Translations under genes and position numbers: made by a program
The notes under the pieces: generated by a model
Database searches by the model: none
What the model was told of the DNA's origin: nothing
Seen by the model: only the letters and a program-made list of their open reading frames with translations
Shown here: positions 15,364 through 17,531 of the stretch, piece by piece
Numbering within the stretch: the stretch's first letter is position 1
How the letters are laid out: every line of letters starts with the position of its first letter
Source: Nitrospirota bacterium
GTDB taxonomy: Bacteria; Nitrospirota; JACRHJ01
Direction of reading: 5' to 3'
Length of the DNA: 17,531 nucleotides
Assembly: GCA_963845245.1 (NCBI GenBank)
Contig: CAWJRJ010000029.1
Coordinates: forward strand, 1-17,531

Positions 15364-16839
15364 ATGCAAAAAATACTTCTCTTAACAGTTGTCATCCTGA
15401 TGCTGGCAACTAATGCAATGGCCGCCGATGCCCCGGTATATGACAAATACCTCCTTCGTCTGCCAGGCCAGATTCTCAACGTGGCGGTTGAAGACATCGA
15501 CGGGGACGGGTATAAGGACATTGTCGCATTCTCTTTAAACGCCGACAAGAGATATCCCGGCCGCTCCGTTTCCGTATTTTATGCAAGGCGGGGCGGAAGC
15601 TTTCCACAGTCCGCGGACCAGTCCTGGACGCTGGCTTCCGACGCGGCCGTATTCGACATTGGCGACTTATACGGGAACGGCAAAAAATCAATATGCTATA
15701 TTGGGCCTTCCGGCATCTTTGCATACAACTTTTCAGGCCGTAGCTTCAGCACAAGGCCTGTTCAACTGGTTAGGTCTGAAAACATATTTTCTCAGCAGGA
15801 CCAGTCAAGCCTGCCACGCTGGAACTTCATAATGAACTCTTCCGGGGAACAGGCAACGGTCCTGGTCCCTGAAGTAAACAGGCTGATGATATTTACAGGG
15901 GTTTCAGGCAGCTTCAGACCGGCTGGCTCCATCCCGTTTGCTACCCGTTCTTCCTTTACCGAGAACATAATAAGCGGAGATTCCGGGCCTTTAACCATAT
16001 CCCACAGGCTGCCGCTCGTGTCGGCCATCGGCTTCAACAGCCAGGCACAGAAAGACCTTTTCATTACATGGGATGACAACGCCGACGTCTTCCTGAGAAA
16101 AACAGTTGGTTTCGCTGAACCGCCTGCTCTAAGGTTCCGGCCTGGGCTTGCGGACGGCGCAAAAACAGACCTGATAGAGAACACATCCGTGCAGGCCGTA
16201 GACTTGAACGGTGAGGGCAGGAGCGACCTTATAGTCACGAAGATGACCGGAGGCGTGGCGCAGACAAAGACGCTCGTTTTCATCTATCTGCGCAAAAAAG
16301 ACGGCAGCTTTCCGGACAAACCTTCTCAGACGATAATAACCGAAGGGGTTATCGGCCCGGGCGTCCTGGACATCAACTCTGATGGAAGAAAAGACATAAT
16401 ACTGCCGTCTGTAAAAATGGGTATAAACAACTTTATAAACATGCTGACGTCGAGGCAGATAAACATGAACATCGGCATATACCTTCAGGATAGAAACGGA
16501 AGGTTCCCTGACCGGCCAACCAAAGAGAAAAGCGTAAGCTTTAAGCTGGACATTTCAAATATGGGGAAAAACATAAAGCCGGTGATGACGTTCGGCAGGT
16601 TTACAAAGGCGCCCGGTTACGGTCTTGCAGTCGCATCAAAGGAAGAGTCCGTAAGCCTGTTCTTGCCAGACCGATACAGCATCCTTGGAGACAACGCTGC
16701 GCTGAACCTTTCGGTTAACGCGCCTTCGGAGATAGATGCCGTAGATATAAACAGGGATGGTATTGACGACCTGGTAATGACTTACAGAAAGGTGAAGGAC
16801 AGAAGCTGGCAGATATACGTTTTTGTTTCCAAACCTTAA
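15364..16839 (+). CDS. Secreted FG-GAP/VCBS-repeat (Ca-binding beta-propeller-like) protein, ~491 aa
   Basis: Signal peptide MQKILLLTVVILMLATNAMA. Repeats DIDGDGYKDI, GDLYGNGKKSI, DLNGEGRSDL, DINSDGRKDI and DINRDGIDDL. The ATG is 1 nt after the permease stop. Confidence 0.85.
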   Translation: MQKILLLTVVILMLATNAMAADAPVYDKYLLRLPGQILNVAVEDIDGDGYKDIVAFSLNADKRYPGRSVSVFYARRGGSFPQSADQSWTLASDAAVFDIGDLYGNGKKSICYIGPSGIFAYNFSGRSFSTRPVQLVRSENIFSQQDQSSLPRWNFIMNSSGEQATVLVPEVNRLMIFTGVSGSFRPAGSIPFATRSSFTENIISGDSGPLTISHRLPLVSAIGFNSQAQKDLFITWDDNADVFLRKTVGFAEPPALRFRPGLADGAKTDLIENTSVQAVDLNGEGRSDLIVTKMTGGVAQTKTLVFIYLRKKDGSFPDKPSQTIITEGVIGPGVLDINSDGRKDIILPSVKMGINNFINMLTSRQINMNIGIYLQDRNGRFPDRPTKEKSVSFKLDISNMGKNIKPVMTFGRFTKAPGYGLAVASKEESVSLFLPDRYSILGDNAALNLSVNAPSEIDAVDINRDGIDDLVMTYRKVKDRSWQIYVFVSKP

Positions 16840-16848
16840 TGTCAGACG

Positions 16849-17064
16849 CTATCCCATCCAGCGCTTGACAATCCTGTTCTCGAACTCCTCCGCAAATTTC
16901 ATCGCCTGGTCCCGGCTGACGGTTTTTATAGCCTCGACCTCTTCCGGGGCAAGCACAATCCCTGCCTTCAATGCAGCAGCCTCGGGGTTTTGAAGCAGTT
17001 CACGCAGGAATTCCGGCTCTATTATCGCCTTGCCAATCAGCCTTTCAATTTCGTCTCTTGCCAT
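16849..17064 (-). CDS. Small NHLP-clan (Os1348/Franean1_4349-like) leader-domain protein, 71 aa
   Basis: IERLIGKAIIEPEFLRELLQNPEAAAL...LAPEEVEAI resembles the nitrile-hydratase-leader-peptide consensus (IgrA..DpeFr..Ll..P..al.....L...E). Confidence 0.7.
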   Translation of the reverse strand: MARDEIERLIGKAIIEPEFLRELLQNPEAAALKAGIVLAPEEVEAIKTVSRDQAMKFAEEFENRIVKRWMG

Positions 17065-17070
17065 GAGCTT

Positions 17071-17099
17071 ACTTTATCGCCACACCTGGAATATGTCAA
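17071..17099 (-). promoter_or_regulatory. Sigma70 promoter positioned for leaderless transcription of the NHLP-like gene
   Basis: TTGACA-17 nt-TAAAGT, then 6 nt, then ATG, with no Shine-Dalgarno sequence. Confidence 0.65.
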
Positions 17100-17105
17100 G
17101 AAAAA

Positions 17106-17531
17106 TCAAAGGAACATGACCGTAACACTAGTACCGACGCCTTCTTCACTCTCGATGGAGATATCGCCCTGATGCGCGTCCACAATCCATTTGCAGATGC
17201 AAAGCCCCAGGCCTGTACCTCCGGATTCGCGCGACCGGGCTTTGTCAACCCTGTAAAAGCGCTCGAATATCCTCGGCAGCTCGGCCTTGGGTATCCCCAT
17301 GCCGGTATCGGATACAACTACCTTGCTGATTCCCGCCACCTTGCACAGTTCCACCTTAACCAGTCCGCCCGATTGAGTGTATCTGAGGGCGTTTTCTACA
17401 AGGTTCGTGAAAAGCTGCCTGAGCCTGTCCGTATCGCCGATTATTGCGTACTCGCCATCTTCCTTGATGTCTATGCTCATTTCTATGCCCTTGCGCATGG
17501 AGAGGGGTAGCAGCCCTTCGAACACTATCTT
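17106..17531 (-). CDS. Sensor histidine kinase, C-terminal HATPase_c domain (partial; 5' part lies outside the window)
   Basis: N box RLRQLFTNLVENALRY, G1 VSDTGMGI, F box IFERFYRVDKARSR, G2 GTGLGL, then HQGDI..ESEEGVGT. Resembles PhoR/CusS/BaeS-type kinases. Confidence 0.93.
   Translation of the reverse strand, partial: KIVFEGLLPLSMRKGIEMSIDIKEDGEYAIIGDTDRLRQLFTNLVENALRYTQSGGLVKVELCKVAGISKVVVSDTGMGIPKAELPRIFERFYRVDKARSRESGGTGLGLCICKWIVDAHQGDISIESEEGVGTSVTVMFL

Noticed and set aside
13565..17064. Complete RiPP biosynthetic cluster (precursor, exporter, protease)
   Set aside because: No modifying enzyme or C39 peptidase exporter is present, the small protein has no evident core, and the genes are in separate transcription units.

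Overview
Bacterial chromosomal window with no integrase, transposase or CRISPR array. The gene set looks like an anaerobic Gram-negative lineage such as Nitrospirota or Desulfobacterota, but this is inference. The left ~4.3 kb has many single-base indels, probably from noisy long-read consensus. At ~573 an EF-G paralogue stops abruptly and runs into a 5'-truncated, GC-rich DinB-family gene, a likely chimeric junction. The minus strand carries a cimA-rseC-degP(HtrA)-fusA2 operon, a small Cys-rich ORF, a tRNA-Gly/Cys/Leu cluster, a stand-alone MshEN protein and a ~1,850-aa secreted multidomain protein. That large protein is the main find. It joins a thermolysin-like (M4) preprometalloprotease with intact catalytic motifs, via Ig-like, FN3 and PA14 domains, to a C-terminal c-type cytochrome with seven CxxCH motifs. 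Its promoter overlaps a Fur-box-like palindrome. The plus strand carries mazG, an ABC-2 exporter and an FG-GAP/VCBS protein. The right end holds an apparently leaderless NHLP-clan (Os1348-like) small protein and the 3' end of a sensor histidine kinase.
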